64,000 nt of DNA from a virus (Duplodnaviria > Caudoviricetes). This document shows, piece by piece, positions 9,226 to 19,956 of the stretch. Location: IMG/VR virus record IMGVR_UViG_642918906_000001, positions 1-64,000 of that record, one strand, 5' to 3'. Within the stretch, counting starts at the first letter, position 1. Every line of letters starts with the position of its first letter. The notes below the pieces were generated by a model. It was not told the DNA's origin, did no database searches, and saw nothing but the letters and a program-made list of their open reading frames with translations. A program made the translations under genes and the position numbers.

Positions 9226-9541
9226 AACTCGTGATGACACTCTACCACGTCCAGGTCAGATTCTGGATCACTTTAAACGCAACATCGAACACGAAGCCAA
9301 GTCTAAAGTTCGTGAGGCTTTTAAAGAAGCATGGGGTCCAGTTTGCAAGATCGATTGTCCAACCGAGTTCAAAGTTAATGTCGCATTCGGCCGTATTCTT
9401 CCTCAGGATGTTTTGACTTCGATCAACAATGAACTCATTGATCACGGCTGGAAGAACTTCCAGTTTGAGATCGCCGCTGACCAACACGTACTGTTGGTTA
9501 AACTGGTTGAGGACGAGGCCGCTAAGTATGCTCGGCCATGA
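9218..9541 (+). CDS. hypothetical protein, GW-motif paralog family
   Basis: start moved to ATG 9218 (AAGGT RBS); RILPQDVLTSINNELIDHGW. Confidence 0.75.
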   Translation: MFETRDDTLPRPGQILDHFKRNIEHEAKSKVREAFKEAWGPVCKIDCPTEFKVNVAFGRILPQDVLTSINNELIDHGWKNFQFEIAADQHVLLVKLVEDEAAKYARP

Positions 9542-9785
9542 CATCCCATGGATGAAACTGGTTCAGGCATTGCGCATTACGCTGGCGGGTGGTTGCAGTA
9601 CTCCGACTACCCGTGCACGTTACACCGCTCGATTCCGTATTCAGATGCCTCGGATCTTAACTGAAGAAGAACTCACTTTTCTGGAAACCAAGTTGAGTTT
9701 GTTACCCTGTCAGTGTGATACTGAAATCGTATCCAATGGTCGGGTCATGAACCTACTGGTCTATCGTGAATATCAAGGAGGCTAA
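9528..9785 (+). CDS. hypothetical protein
   Basis: start moved to ATG 9528 (GAGG RBS); RILTEEELTFLETKL resembles neighbours. Confidence 0.7.
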   Translation: MLGHDIPWMKLVQALRITLAGGCSTPTTRARYTARFRIQMPRILTEEELTFLETKLSLLPCQCDTEIVSNGRVMNLLVYREYQGG

Positions 9786-9941
9786 ATGGCCAAGCGTCTC
9801 ACCAAGGGTAAGCGTAAATACCTCCTGTCTATAATGGCTGAAGTGGCTTGGCGCACTGAGCGAGATCGTCGGGCAGAACAACAGGCTCGTGCACTCATGT
9901 TTGACTATCGTGGTCGTACTCCACACCAAGTAATCTGGTAA
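9786..9941 (+). CDS. 51-aa basic protein (not in ORF track)
   Basis: MAKRLTKGKRKYLL...; AAGGAGG RBS. Confidence 0.8.
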   Translation: MAKRLTKGKRKYLLSIMAEVAWRTERDRRAEQQARALMFDYRGRTPHQVIW

Positions 9942-9959
9942 ATCTTTAAGGAGGGTAAC

Positions 9960-10121
9960 ATGGCTAAGAAATTGACTAAGGGTAAACGTAAGCGGCTGAT
10001 GACGCTGGTTACGGAGTGGGCACTTTGTCGGCTTATCGCTAAAAAGCATGTGCAAGATGCACAGCGTCAGGCGATTACCAACGAGCGTCAACGTCGTGCC
10101 TACATGGCGCAATACTGTTAA
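9960..10121 (+). CDS. 53-aa basic protein (not in ORF track)
   Basis: MAKKLTKGKRKRLM...; TAAGGAGG RBS. Confidence 0.8.
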   Translation: MAKKLTKGKRKRLMTLVTEWALCRLIAKKHVQDAQRQAITNERQRRAYMAQYC

Positions 10122-10131
10122 GGAGTAAGAA

Positions 10132-10404
10132 ATGCTTCCGTCCGTAAATGATGTACTTAAGGCTAACGGTAACCCAATCGTAACAGGTGCGATCTATCGT
10201 ATCAGTAATGCATTGGTCGGTATCGTCATTCCAGATGACGACATCCCATCGTTTTCACTGATTGTCGAACTCGGGGCTGAACGACCACTTAGTTATGGTG
10301 AGCGCGTACGCATCAAGGTAGCCCTCAACGAGAAAGGTTGGGATGCTACCTTCAAGTTGGATACACTGCAAAATGAAGTAGCAGTCGTATTCATCAAGCA
10401 GTAA
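10132..10404 (+). CDS. hypothetical protein, GW-motif paralog family
   Basis: AAGGAG RBS; PLSYGERVRIKVALNEKGW. Confidence 0.8.
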   Translation: MLPSVNDVLKANGNPIVTGAIYRISNALVGIVIPDDDIPSFSLIVELGAERPLSYGERVRIKVALNEKGWDATFKLDTLQNEVAVVFIKQ

Positions 10405-10407
10405 CGA

Positions 10408-10456
10408 CATAAAGCCAGCTCCTTCGGGAGCTGGCATATGCTGTTATTTTTTTTTT
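10408..10456. terminator. bidirectional intrinsic terminator
   Basis: GCCAGCTCC-TTCG-GGAGCTGGC then T tract; between convergent operons. Confidence 0.9.
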
Positions 10457-10458
10457 CG

Positions 10459-12120
10459 TTATGGACCACTACGTACGAAGATTGGAACGCCAGTCATTGC
10501 TAACTGGAGATCGGTATCGTACATTTCTTTGATCCACTGGATGCTCAACAACTCACCCATGTTCAAGTCGTTGTTAACAGTCAATACTTGATTCCATTGC
10601 TGTACACTGAACTTGTAATCACCATGCAGGAAGTGCAAGATGAAGTGAGTAGGTTCCGGTGGGAATTCCTCAAGCTCTGTATTCACCAAAGGTTCGGCAT
10701 TGTAGTACATTTGCTGCAACCAAGCAGTCAAGCTGTTAGCACCGTTCTGCAAACGAAGGTTCCATGTGTTAGTTGCGACGTATTCAAGATCCGCTTTCAG
10801 ACCACGACCATACGATGCGTCTACATCTGGACGTGGGTACACTGCCCAGTTAGCCTGATCAGGTCCAGCATTCAACAGAGCGATCTGGAATGTCGATACG
10901 TAACGGAATGGAGCAAAGCGTCCATCGACTTCATTAAGGTTCACCGCGTAGGTCAAGGTTTGAACTTCACCATAAGCACGCGGACGATAAGGAGCCGAGT
11001 TGACACCCAGTTCTACATATGGAGTGACGTTATAGAAACGTGCACGATCCAAGTTGTAAAGCCAGAACTCCAAGCGGTAACCAATAGCGGCGTTGACCCA
11101 TGTAGGGTAAACAAACAGTCTGCAACTATAAGCACCATCCGCAGCTACTGTACGAGCGATGTAGTTCTCAGTGATAGCACGATCAGCGGAAGGAACCAGT
11201 TGATAACTGATCTCATCATTCGCCAATTGGTAACGAGCTGCCAGAGGGAACTCTTGACCTTCACCTGTAGCAACGTAATTCTCAAGACCCAAGATCGTGA
11301 ATGGTGCAGGACCTACATCGTAACGAGTCTGACGACCACCACGATACTTAACAATACCTTGCATTGGTAACGACTTAACCATGACGTTGAGTGGGAACTC
11401 AATCACCTTAGGATCGGAAGTAGAAATGAAAGGCGAGTCCAGCTTGATACCTTCGACGTAACGTTTAGACTGGTCAGTCTGACGCAATACTTCCGTGTTC
11501 ATAACCAGCAATTGCGCGTAGCTAATCACACCTTCCTTATCGTCATATGCTACCAATGTCACACGTTCGGAGTCTTCAAGGTCTTCAGTTGCAAAGCCAA
11601 CCATTGGGATCTTGATGGTCGATACTTTAGCCCCAGTAATCTCAGCGGATTCCACAGGGATGTATGGCCCAAGGAATGTACCCGACGAATCGTAGAATGC
11701 CGAGATCATCTTACCGGTAGCCTTATTGATGTCACTACCTTTAAAGACCGCGTAAGAACTCACCATCGACCCATAGAAGTGTAGGCGTGCATCAGGAGCC
11801 AGTACGTACGGAGTAACCGAGGTATCGATGAAGCAGCGGTAGGATTCAGAGCTGTAGCCTGGACCCACACCAACCAATACGTTTTCTTCACCATCTGGAT
11901 CTGGATGAGCTGGCCATTCGATCAATTCAAGGGTTGGAACCCACGTACCTTGTTCAACGTCAGTAACTCTCAGTTGACCACGACTATAGTCAATCACCAT
12001 GTCATTAACGTTAACGACGTATTTGTTTGTTTGTCCTGCGACCAGGACGATCTCATCAATATACCAAACCCGAAACCCACGGTTCGGGTTGTAGAAATCT
12101 GAGTTCATGTAATCAGCCAT
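10459..12120 (-). CDS. virion structural protein (phiKZ gp26-like)
   Basis: 553 aa, beta-rich; synteny terminase / three - strand genes / sheath as in phiKZ. Confidence 0.7.
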   Translation of the reverse strand: MADYMNSDFYNPNRGFRVWYIDEIVLVAGQTNKYVVNVNDMVIDYSRGQLRVTDVEQGTWVPTLELIEWPAHPDPDGEENVLVGVGPGYSSESYRCFIDTSVTPYVLAPDARLHFYGSMVSSYAVFKGSDINKATGKMISAFYDSSGTFLGPYIPVESAEITGAKVSTIKIPMVGFATEDLEDSERVTLVAYDDKEGVISYAQLLVMNTEVLRQTDQSKRYVEGIKLDSPFISTSDPKVIEFPLNVMVKSLPMQGIVKYRGGRQTRYDVGPAPFTILGLENYVATGEGQEFPLAARYQLANDEISYQLVPSADRAITENYIARTVAADGAYSCRLFVYPTWVNAAIGYRLEFWLYNLDRARFYNVTPYVELGVNSAPYRPRAYGEVQTLTYAVNLNEVDGRFAPFRYVSTFQIALLNAGPDQANWAVYPRPDVDASYGRGLKADLEYVATNTWNLRLQNGANSLTAWLQQMYYNAEPLVNTELEEFPPEPTHFILHFLHGDYKFSVQQWNQVLTVNNDLNMGELLSIQWIKEMYDTDLQLAMTGVPIFVRSGP

Positions 12121-12123
12121 CGA

Positions 12124-14775
12124 TTAAGTCCTCGTAATGTAAATGAATGGAGACAGCTCCATCGGTTGACGGAGAAACAGTTTCAATACACGGGTGTAGA
12201 ATGTGTACTGGTCATCAGTCAGTCCGATTGGGGTAGTGTTCCAATGTGGATAAACTCTCACATGGTTGGTATTGTATTCCCGGTTGAGGATATCAAACGG
12301 TTGCAACCACGCGTATCCACTCATGTAAGCTGCGAGTTCTTGATCGGAGTACTGGCCGTTAATGAATGGTGGTGCAAGTGTACCTTTAACCAAATCGTAA
12401 AGCACTTTATTAGAAAGTGCAGAGTAAACAATGTAAGGTCTAGGGATGACGTCTACAAGCTCTCTGTCGCGTTTTGGGAAGTAGTAAGTCATAGCCTCAC
12501 TCGTCCATTGGTCACGCTGATCATCTTCTACACGGGCCTTGTAATCGTCTTTAAAGACGGTTTTCAAAACAACCTGTGGGGTTTGAATCTGATAAGGCGC
12601 TCCATTACGGACATTATCCATTACCCGACCACCAGAGTCTTCCTCGAATACCACGTCATGGTAATCCATGTAACGACCATCCACCACGATCCGTTGTACC
12701 TTGTGGGTGTGGATCTGATAGGTTGAATCGTTAGACAGTACGTTGTATTCTACAAAGCCTAGCTCACCCGGTGGATAGCGTTTGAGGTCTGGTGAACAGA
12801 AACCTGTTCCTCGAACTGTCACGTTTTGGATACCGTCAGTACGACGTGCTTCCAAGTTGTTGATAACGATCATCTCACCGTCGTCCCAGAAATCCAATCC
12901 ATAGATCATAGACTTCTGGTTCATGAACATATCCAGTTCACCGAATGGAATCTCTAAGGTTTTGTTAATCTCGGCACCGTTCTGGTTTTCGATACCCGCA
13001 ATGGCGAATCGGATGAGTCCAGGGTTATCGGAAAAGGTTAGTTCGTTCAGATAGAAATACTCATCTGTACGCAAGTAACCCAAATACTGGTTACCGGGTA
13101 CTACCCAGTTCCAAACAGGTGCTTCAAGATTACTGGTATCTAAGAAACCGTAAGTGTTACGGTCTGGTAGATCCGTGATATCAATCCACTCATTGGATAC
13201 AACACCACCCCACACTTTGCAGACGTAAACTCGGAAGTTGTATTTAGGGTTCAAGGTAACTGGATCATTACCATAAACACCATGCAAGTTAGTAGACCCT
13301 TTACCAGTAATGGCTTCGACGTATTCGCAGTTAGCGTTTACGACATTATAGGTTTCACCACCTTCTTGATAATAGTGTCCTAAGAGATATCCATTCGCAT
13401 CGTATTCAAACAGCGTAACGTTACGCCAGAAATAGAACGATAGATCCACCATCCGAATACCGGTATGTGGGTCAACATACACTTTGGCCGGGTTGTCGTT
13501 CATCAGCTTAGCACATTCATGATAGCCGAATACTTCGCCTGCAAAGTTCTGCGCATCGATCTTAGCCTGAGTAGTTAACTTAGGTTCGTTGTACGTGATC
13601 GGATAGATCTGTTTAGGGGGAGCTGACATAAACTCAATGTAAGCTGCACGTTCAAGGTTCTCAGCGCGCCACAACGGGTTCTCAGCGCCAGTACCTGTCA
13701 TGCACATCAGGATGTTGGTATCACTCAGTTTATAGAGTTCCCAAATACGAGATGCATCAGCTACCAATGGTCGATCATAAGCACCATGACGGATATACAG
13801 TTTAACGTAGGTGTCACCGATACCATTCCAACCTGGGTTCTCGGCTATCAGTTCCTGCACTCGGGTAACAGGCATGCTGTAATCGCGGTGAGTTAACTGA
13901 CGTAACCAGATACCTTGGTTATGGTGGTAAGTAATGCCACTATAGTTACCTGGAGCTGTTCCGTACTTGATCAAGTGGACTGTAATGTCGTCATAGAAAT
14001 CGATAACGTCATCACCCTCACCTGGATAGTGCACAATGTATTTACGTTGTGTATCCAGTGTTGAGTTGAATACTTGCAGGTCGTCTACTTTAAGCTCGAC
14101 TACACGCTTGATAGACGGGTCCAATATGAAGTCGTAATAATCGCCCGGCGCACACGTCACGATAGATATTTCATTAACGGGTTTACCGTTAACAAAGTAC
14201 ATTGGTACGCCACCTTTAGCGGCTACCAGATCCATGATCTGAATTTGAAGTTGTCTGATAGCGGCGGCATTAGCTACCGACCCAGACAATACGTCGATCC
14301 AATGCTTACCTGCGTCGACACTACGTGGGGAGTTAAAGTAACCGTTGTGATAGAAGTGGATATAAAGCTGGTTGTCGTCCAAAGCTGGGAAACGGTCATT
14401 CAGTTTAACCGCAACCAACAGGTTGGATTTACTGGTAACCATCACGTAAGTTTCAGACATGCTATATCGAATACCGTTGGTTTGGTATACTTCGATTAAC
14501 GTCAGATCCTGCGTTGCAAGATCAGCCAACTTGATCCATGTATCTCGTTTACCGGGATAGCCAACATTGGCTGGGATCACTTGACCGATCTGGTAGATAT
14601 GATAGTAGTCTCGATTGTTATTCGTCGGTAAGAAGTACCGAGTATAATCCACAACGTAGTTACCCCGAACACCGTAGCGCGGGGTAACTTGTTTGAGTTC
14701 ATACGAGAACTGACGATCTACAGCAGGGTTTTGCCAGACGTTATCAATTGCGTAGCGCAAGAGATAGTTATCCAT
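12124..14775 (-). CDS. virion structural protein (phiKZ gp27-like)
   Basis: 883 aa; synteny with tail module. Confidence 0.7.
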   Translation of the reverse strand: MDNYLLRYAIDNVWQNPAVDRQFSYELKQVTPRYGVRGNYVVDYTRYFLPTNNNRDYYHIYQIGQVIPANVGYPGKRDTWIKLADLATQDLTLIEVYQTNGIRYSMSETYVMVTSKSNLLVAVKLNDRFPALDDNQLYIHFYHNGYFNSPRSVDAGKHWIDVLSGSVANAAAIRQLQIQIMDLVAAKGGVPMYFVNGKPVNEISIVTCAPGDYYDFILDPSIKRVVELKVDDLQVFNSTLDTQRKYIVHYPGEGDDVIDFYDDITVHLIKYGTAPGNYSGITYHHNQGIWLRQLTHRDYSMPVTRVQELIAENPGWNGIGDTYVKLYIRHGAYDRPLVADASRIWELYKLSDTNILMCMTGTGAENPLWRAENLERAAYIEFMSAPPKQIYPITYNEPKLTTQAKIDAQNFAGEVFGYHECAKLMNDNPAKVYVDPHTGIRMVDLSFYFWRNVTLFEYDANGYLLGHYYQEGGETYNVVNANCEYVEAITGKGSTNLHGVYGNDPVTLNPKYNFRVYVCKVWGGVVSNEWIDITDLPDRNTYGFLDTSNLEAPVWNWVVPGNQYLGYLRTDEYFYLNELTFSDNPGLIRFAIAGIENQNGAEINKTLEIPFGELDMFMNQKSMIYGLDFWDDGEMIVINNLEARRTDGIQNVTVRGTGFCSPDLKRYPPGELGFVEYNVLSNDSTYQIHTHKVQRIVVDGRYMDYHDVVFEEDSGGRVMDNVRNGAPYQIQTPQVVLKTVFKDDYKARVEDDQRDQWTSEAMTYYFPKRDRELVDVIPRPYIVYSALSNKVLYDLVKGTLAPPFINGQYSDQELAAYMSGYAWLQPFDILNREYNTNHVRVYPHWNTTPIGLTDDQYTFYTRVLKLFLRQPMELSPFIYITRT

Positions 14776-14787
14776 TTAGCGGTACCC

Positions 14788-15723
14788 TTAATCAAAGTTG
14801 AGATATTGTTGCGATACTAAGCCGAAGGTCATGTCTAGGAAAGACTTGAGTTCATGTGGTCGGGCTACTTGTTCAGCTCGTTGCATGATTACAGTCTTAC
14901 GATAGCTACGATCACCAACCGCTGTGTATAGCATGGCGATGTAAGTGGGTAGGTGTTCCAAAGCAACACCGACGTTTTCACGTTGGTTATAGAAGCTATT
15001 GGATAACAGCAAATAGAGATCTTTAAACTTCAATTCACCTGTGCGTTCTTGACGAGACTTAGTGGACATTGCATAGATCAGATCGTCGATGTTATTCAAC
15101 TCACCTACTTCAACGATCACATCGGTAGCGAAGTCAGGTGGTACACCTGTAATGCGCGATACCACGGGTACGAACTGTGTACGTACTTCAGGGTTAGCTT
15201 CACCCAATTCAGGCATCAGCATGGCGTAGTAATAGAATGCAGAGATCACATACAAAGCTTGTTGTGCTTCTGGTGTTAGTTGGTAACGTGTGATCAATGG
15301 ACCACTTACCCAGCGATTGAATACTTTAGCTGGAAGGTCGCCCAGTCGACTGAATGCTGTTTCATCGCCTACCAATGTAGTGATGTTAAGCGACATTCGA
15401 ATACACTCAAAACTCCAATCGTTGTTTGCAACCAAACGATATGTGCCAGACCGTGGTTCGTACTTAAAGTAACGTCGTCCATCGATCAACAATTTAGGTT
15501 TACCGGGTTGTCCCAGATCAATGTACTGAGTGAACATCGGGATGTCTTCATGCTCTGGTGATGGAGTCACAAAGTAACAATCCTTAATGGTTATTCCATT
15601 AGGAGTTTTGACGGGTTGGAACGGGAGACTAAGTTCTGCCTTAGTGGCTTCCCGACGAATTTTATCCAGGAATGCCTGGGTATAGGTACTACAGATTTTC
15701 GTTTGATACGGTAGTAAGATCAT
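14788..15723 (-). CDS. virion structural protein (phiKZ gp28-like)
   Basis: 311 aa; AAGGAG RBS; divergent from sheath gene. Confidence 0.7.
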   Translation of the reverse strand: MILLPYQTKICSTYTQAFLDKIRREATKAELSLPFQPVKTPNGITIKDCYFVTPSPEHEDIPMFTQYIDLGQPGKPKLLIDGRRYFKYEPRSGTYRLVANNDWSFECIRMSLNITTLVGDETAFSRLGDLPAKVFNRWVSGPLITRYQLTPEAQQALYVISAFYYYAMLMPELGEANPEVRTQFVPVVSRITGVPPDFATDVIVEVGELNNIDDLIYAMSTKSRQERTGELKFKDLYLLLSNSFYNQRENVGVALEHLPTYIAMLYTAVGDRSYRKTVIMQRAEQVARPHELKSFLDMTFGLVSQQYLNFD

Positions 15724-15852
15724 TACCGTCTCTCCTTATTTAGGTAGTAAAATTAAACTAGTGTGCTCAATCTGTTTAATTAATATGATTGACTGTTAGT
15801 AAACACTCATAACATCGAGTTTAAAAGCTCCATACTTGGGAGAACCAAAAAG

Positions 15853-17955
15853 ATGGCAACTTTCACTAACGCAACACCACGGGTTGTTTTCAGTGGTATT
15901 CGCGACCGCAGCCGTCGGGCTCTTATTCGTCCTGACGAAAGCTATGCCCAACATACACCTTTGCTTCGTCTCTTCACCGAGACTGGTCCAGAAACCACCA
16001 CTTACGTTGGTGATACCGATGACGGCTTTGCCGGTATCTATGGTCAGCTCTCGCTCGATCCACGCAGCAAGTTCTTTAACCAACAATCTCTGCTTGCTCT
16101 GAACCTGTTGGGTCAGGGTAACGGTTTTTATGTAAAACGCCTGAAGCCTGAAGATGCTGGTAACGCAGCTCGTATCATCGTCGCTATCGACATGGTCCGT
16201 GATATGGTTCCACAGCAAATCACTCGTCTGAGTGGTTTTAACTTCCCAACCACTACTACTCTTGCTTCTAGCTCTGACGTAGTAACTCTGGCCGACCAGT
16301 TGGTTGAGGGTTTCCGTGCTCGCATTACTCTGATCCAAGACAACACTTCTGAGGTTGGTACTCAGCGTGTGCTGCCTGGTAATATGACTTCTTCGATCGA
16401 CGGTACTCAGTCGACCATGTATCCGCTGTTTGAACTGCCAACCAGTTTCTTCGGCGCATTGGGCGATAATCTGGGTGCACGTGTATGGTCCCCTACCGCA
16501 GCCGACCTTGAGGGTTATGACGAAGCCACCACCGATAAGTTCGATACTCGTCTGTTTAACTTCCAGTTCGTAGAACTGATGGAAGGTTCTAACACTCCAA
16601 CAGTCATCAAGACTGCTCTGGGTGAAGACTACATGCAAGTGTCGTTTGATCAAGGTGTTTGGTCCGAGTCCACCGACCGTGACCTATACGCTGGCGACGT
16701 GTTGATCCAGGCTTATGAAGATGACGGTATCAGCTCGGGTCAGACCCCTCTGTATTCCCCATTCAGTCAGATCTACATCTATAGTGATGAGATCAGCCGT
16801 GTTCAACAACTGATCTTCGATTCGGAGTCTCTGGCTAATCCAGCTTTCGTTAACCAGATCAAAGGTCCAGGTCAAATCGACTTTCTGACTATGTTGAATC
16901 TGGATGGCGATCCGTACATGACCATCCAACTTGAAGGTGCTTTGGAAGGTGGTGTATTGCTTGGTAAGAATGCCACTGTATTTGCATCGGGTGGTGATGA
17001 TGGTACTACCGACTTCGACGAATACGTTAAACTCGTAGACATTCAGAACACCAACTTCGGTCAACTGGATGATCAGTACGAAGACGTTGCACGGTATCAG
17101 TTTGGTTTCCTGTATGACACCGGTCTTCCGATGGCATCGAAATACAAAATGATGCAAACCTTGGCTAAGCGTCAAGACCTGATCTGTATGTTCACGACCT
17201 ACATCGAGACCGATACTCGTCCTCTCACCACTGGTGATGAAGTGTCGCGCACTATCGCTCTGATGACTCGTCTGAAAGCGTTCCCTGAGTCTACCCTCTA
17301 TGGTACTCCAGTTGCTCGTGCACAGATCGTCCTGCAATCCGGTAAGCTGATGGCTGGTGGTTACTCTAAGCGTGTTCCACAACTGTTGGACACCGCTATG
17401 AAGTGGGCTATCTACGCTGGTGCTGGTAACGGTATTCTGCGTCCTGGCTTTGAAATGGATGTTAGTCCGAACAACCAAGTGACATTCGTTAAAGGCTTGA
17501 ACGTTCCGTTCTTCAACGCTCGTACTGCTAGCAACATCTGGCAGAACGGTGGTACGTATTCGTCTACCTACGATAAGCGTCGTCAGTACTATCCTTGCCA
17601 ACGTTCGGTTTATCTGGACGACACCTCGGTACTGCTGTCTCCGCTGACCGTGAACATCTGCTGTGTGATCATGCGTCTGATCCATCGGGTACACGCTAAG
17701 TTCGCCGGTAACGCTACGCTCAGTAAAGAACAGTTGGTAGCTCGTTGCGACCAAGAGATCCTGGATCAAACCCGTGACCTGTTCGGTGCTCGCGTTGATA
17801 TTACTCCACAAACGGAGATCACTGCTGCGGATGACCAGAACGGCTTTAGCTGGACCTGTACTGTGACTGTTGCGGCTAACAACCCACGCACTGTAATGGA
17901 CTTCAAGCTTGAAACTGTGCGTCGTGAGACTGTCACCGCTGGAACGGTTCAATAA
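15853..17955 (+). CDS. contractile tail sheath protein (phiKZ gp29-like)
   Basis: 700 aa; N-term [26 protein letters not shown]; followed by tube-sized gene; strong codon bias. Confidence 0.88.
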   Translation: MATFTNATPRVVFSGIRDRSRRALIRPDESYAQHTPLLRLFTETGPETTTYVGDTDDGFAGIYGQLSLDPRSKFFNQQSLLALNLLGQGNGFYVKRLKPEDAGNAARIIVAIDMVRDMVPQQITRLSGFNFPTTTTLASSSDVVTLADQLVEGFRARITLIQDNTSEVGTQRVLPGNMTSSIDGTQSTMYPLFELPTSFFGALGDNLGARVWSPTAADLEGYDEATTDKFDTRLFNFQFVELMEGSNTPTVIKTALGEDYMQVSFDQGVWSESTDRDLYAGDVLIQAYEDDGISSGQTPLYSPFSQIYIYSDEISRVQQLIFDSESLANPAFVNQIKGPGQIDFLTMLNLDGDPYMTIQLEGALEGGVLLGKNATVFASGGDDGTTDFDEYVKLVDIQNTNFGQLDDQYEDVARYQFGFLYDTGLPMASKYKMMQTLAKRQDLICMFTTYIETDTRPLTTGDEVSRTIALMTRLKAFPESTLYGTPVARAQIVLQSGKLMAGGYSKRVPQLLDTAMKWAIYAGAGNGILRPGFEMDVSPNNQVTFVKGLNVPFFNARTASNIWQNGGTYSSTYDKRRQYYPCQRSVYLDDTSVLLSPLTVNICCVIMRLIHRVHAKFAGNATLSKEQLVARCDQEILDQTRDLFGARVDITPQTEITAADDQNGFSWTCTVTVAANNPRTVMDFKLETVRRETVTAGTVQ

Positions 17956-17991
17956 CCGTTCCTTCACGGATAATCCACTAGAGGAATAAAT

Positions 17992-18867
17992 ATGAAACGC
18001 TATAATGATCCAATGGCTCCCGTAACAGGCTATGGTGCTGGTGGTGCGAAGAACACCATCAACCTGGCTCAAGCAGGTACTGACGTATTCCGTCCAGACC
18101 TGGCTAACTTGGCCAGTAACACTCCTTACGTGAGTCGTAACGTTGTACCTTTCCTGCTGGAGGCTCCACGGTTCTTCCAGTATGCGAAAGATCCTAACCA
18201 ACTGGTCCGCTCCCTGAAGGCCTTGGTTGAGAACCATGTTCGTACTATTGATGGTCTGCAACAAACTGTTCAGGTTGATACCGCTGACGCTCCTTGGGGT
18301 GGTTCGGGTGAAGCCATTCAGGTTGGTACCAACGTAACTCGTGCTCGGTCTAACCCTTCGCTGGGTTGCTGGGAACTGCAAGGTCGTGCCATTCAGCGTT
18401 TCCTGCGCTGGTGGATCACTTACGGTATTGCTGACGAGAATACCAAGGTTCCACGTATTGTTGCTGAAGGTAACGTACCGGTTGAGAAATACGATGCTAC
18501 CTTCTACGGTGCAACTATTCTCTTCGTTGAACCAGATCCGACTTTCCAAGACGTGGTAAGTGCATACCTGTGCACTAACATGTTCCCTCTGTCGACTGGT
18601 CCTTGGGAATCCCGTAAGGATGCTGCTCAGATTGGTCAGAACCTCGATCTCTCGATTGAGTTCGCTGCCATGACTGACGTATCGGAAGGTGTAATCGCTT
18701 ACGCTCGTGAGCTGTTCCAACGTCTTAACATCCGTGGTATGAACCCGAACTCGCAGCGTACTTGGACTGAAGGTATCTCTGCTGACGTACAGCGTGCTAC
18801 TAACGGCCTGCGTCAACAACTTGAGACTTCGGCCTCTAACCGTGTAACTTACAACGGGGTTGACTGA
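17992..18867 (+). CDS. tail tube protein (phiKZ gp30-like)
   Basis: 291 aa directly after sheath; ILFVEPDPT...NMFP motif. Confidence 0.8.
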   Translation: MKRYNDPMAPVTGYGAGGAKNTINLAQAGTDVFRPDLANLASNTPYVSRNVVPFLLEAPRFFQYAKDPNQLVRSLKALVENHVRTIDGLQQTVQVDTADAPWGGSGEAIQVGTNVTRARSNPSLGCWELQGRAIQRFLRWWITYGIADENTKVPRIVAEGNVPVEKYDATFYGATILFVEPDPTFQDVVSAYLCTNMFPLSTGPWESRKDAAQIGQNLDLSIEFAAMTDVSEGVIAYARELFQRLNIRGMNPNSQRTWTEGISADVQRATNGLRQQLETSASNRVTYNGVD

Positions 18868-19109
18868 TGGCTAATACGTATCCGCTGAAGCCCCTTGCTG
18901 CTACACAGTACAAAGGTACATCGCCTTCGGCGGTTACGGATGAAGCAGCCAAATACAAAGACATGCTTGGTTTCCAAGCAGCGTCTGTGGACGTTGGCTT
19001 GTTCTATCAGTTAAACCAAGCTGCCACTGGCGTATCGGAAGTTGAGACGGCTAATGGTTCTACCGTTAATGGTCAGACTCCGATCGAAGCTAACGCAATG
19101 TACGCTTAA
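18867..19109 (+). CDS. small protein coupled to tail tube gene
   Basis: TGATG overlap; followed by terminator. Confidence 0.75.
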   Translation: MANTYPLKPLAATQYKGTSPSAVTDEAAKYKDMLGFQAASVDVGLFYQLNQAATGVSEVETANGSTVNGQTPIEANAMYA

Positions 19110-19114
19110 GACAA

Positions 19115-19148
19115 CATAAGACCCCGACCGTAAGGCCGGGGCTTTATG
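19115..19148. terminator. bidirectional hairpin terminator
   Basis: CCCCGACC-GTAA-GGCCGGGG with CATAAG / CTTTATG flanks; convergent genes. Confidence 0.8.
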
Positions 19149-19151
19149 CCG

Positions 19152-19838
19152 TTATGCACTTACCACATGTTCAACAGGTAGTGTGCGACTACCCTTATTT
19201 GGCTGAGGTCTAGCCTCATTCACAATTGACTGGATCGCCTCGACTGTACGGATTGGATCAGGGTCATTGCTATCTACGACCACTTCGAACTTACGTTGTT
19301 TCTCAGTGAGGTACCATGAGTTTTCCATAGCGATGTCGTTCGGAATACCTTTAAGGATAAGGTACGCCACCCGTGCTCGATAGCTATTGCCTCTAGAAAC
19401 TTCGTTATTGCAGACTTTCAGACGAGGTTCTGCCAGATAGCGCAATTGCATCTCTGTCAGGTTGCGATCATTGTATTGCTCACGGATCGAATCAATTGTA
19501 CGCAAAGGTTCACGTGGGGAACCTAGGGTCGGTAGTGATTCGCTCACGTAGGCCTCTGTCTCCGGTACCATGTCATTACTGTCAATAGGATTAATAGTAC
19601 GACCCCAGAATGAGGCAATCGTTTTACCGCTTTCGTTCATCACGTATGCATTACCGGTCAGAGGGTACTCTACATCCGTAAAATCACCTTTGCCTCTTAC
19701 AACCAAAAATGGTTCACCTGTATCTGGCCGATTACCAAATTCGAACTCTTGGCCTTCGCCAACGAGAATAATTCTAAACCCTTTACCCACGTCGGAGTCG
19801 GGTAGGTTTTGCCCGGACATAATCTTTACACTGTACAT
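19152..19838 (-). CDS. hypothetical protein
   Basis: 228-aa ORF, AAGGT RBS. Confidence 0.8.
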   Translation of the reverse strand: MYSVKIMSGQNLPDSDVGKGFRIILVGEGQEFEFGNRPDTGEPFLVVRGKGDFTDVEYPLTGNAYVMNESGKTIASFWGRTINPIDSNDMVPETEAYVSESLPTLGSPREPLRTIDSIREQYNDRNLTEMQLRYLAEPRLKVCNNEVSRGNSYRARVAYLILKGIPNDIAMENSWYLTEKQRKFEVVVDSNDPDPIRTVEAIQSIVNEARPQPNKGSRTLPVEHVVSA

Positions 19839-19901
19839 TTCTAATTACCTTCTAGTAGTATGTAGCGGAATGCTACAGATCATATCCGGGTGAGTATTAT
19901 T

Positions 19902-19933
19902 TAAACCTAATTTGAAACTATATTACTTTTGTG
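19902..19933 (+). promoter_or_regulatory. early promoter upstream of HNH gene
   Basis: TATATTAC(19919)-TTTT-GTG; upstream element degenerate (TAAA). Confidence 0.75.
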
Positions 19934-19956
19934 AATTAACTACGAAAGGTTTTATT

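Noticed and set aside
15781-15795. TATG late promoters upstream of the sheath gene and other late genes
   Set aside because: A 4-nt motif is too common to call without TSS data
15796-16653. 285-aa antisense ORF over the sheath gene (likewise 10588..11370, 32013..32774, 46332..47201, 57000..57836)
   Set aside because: Mirror frames of well-supported genes, with no independent signals
16684-18819. 711-aa antisense ORF spanning sheath and tube
   Set aside because: Same codon-bias shadow; it crosses the junction only because the 36-nt spacer keeps both genes in one frame
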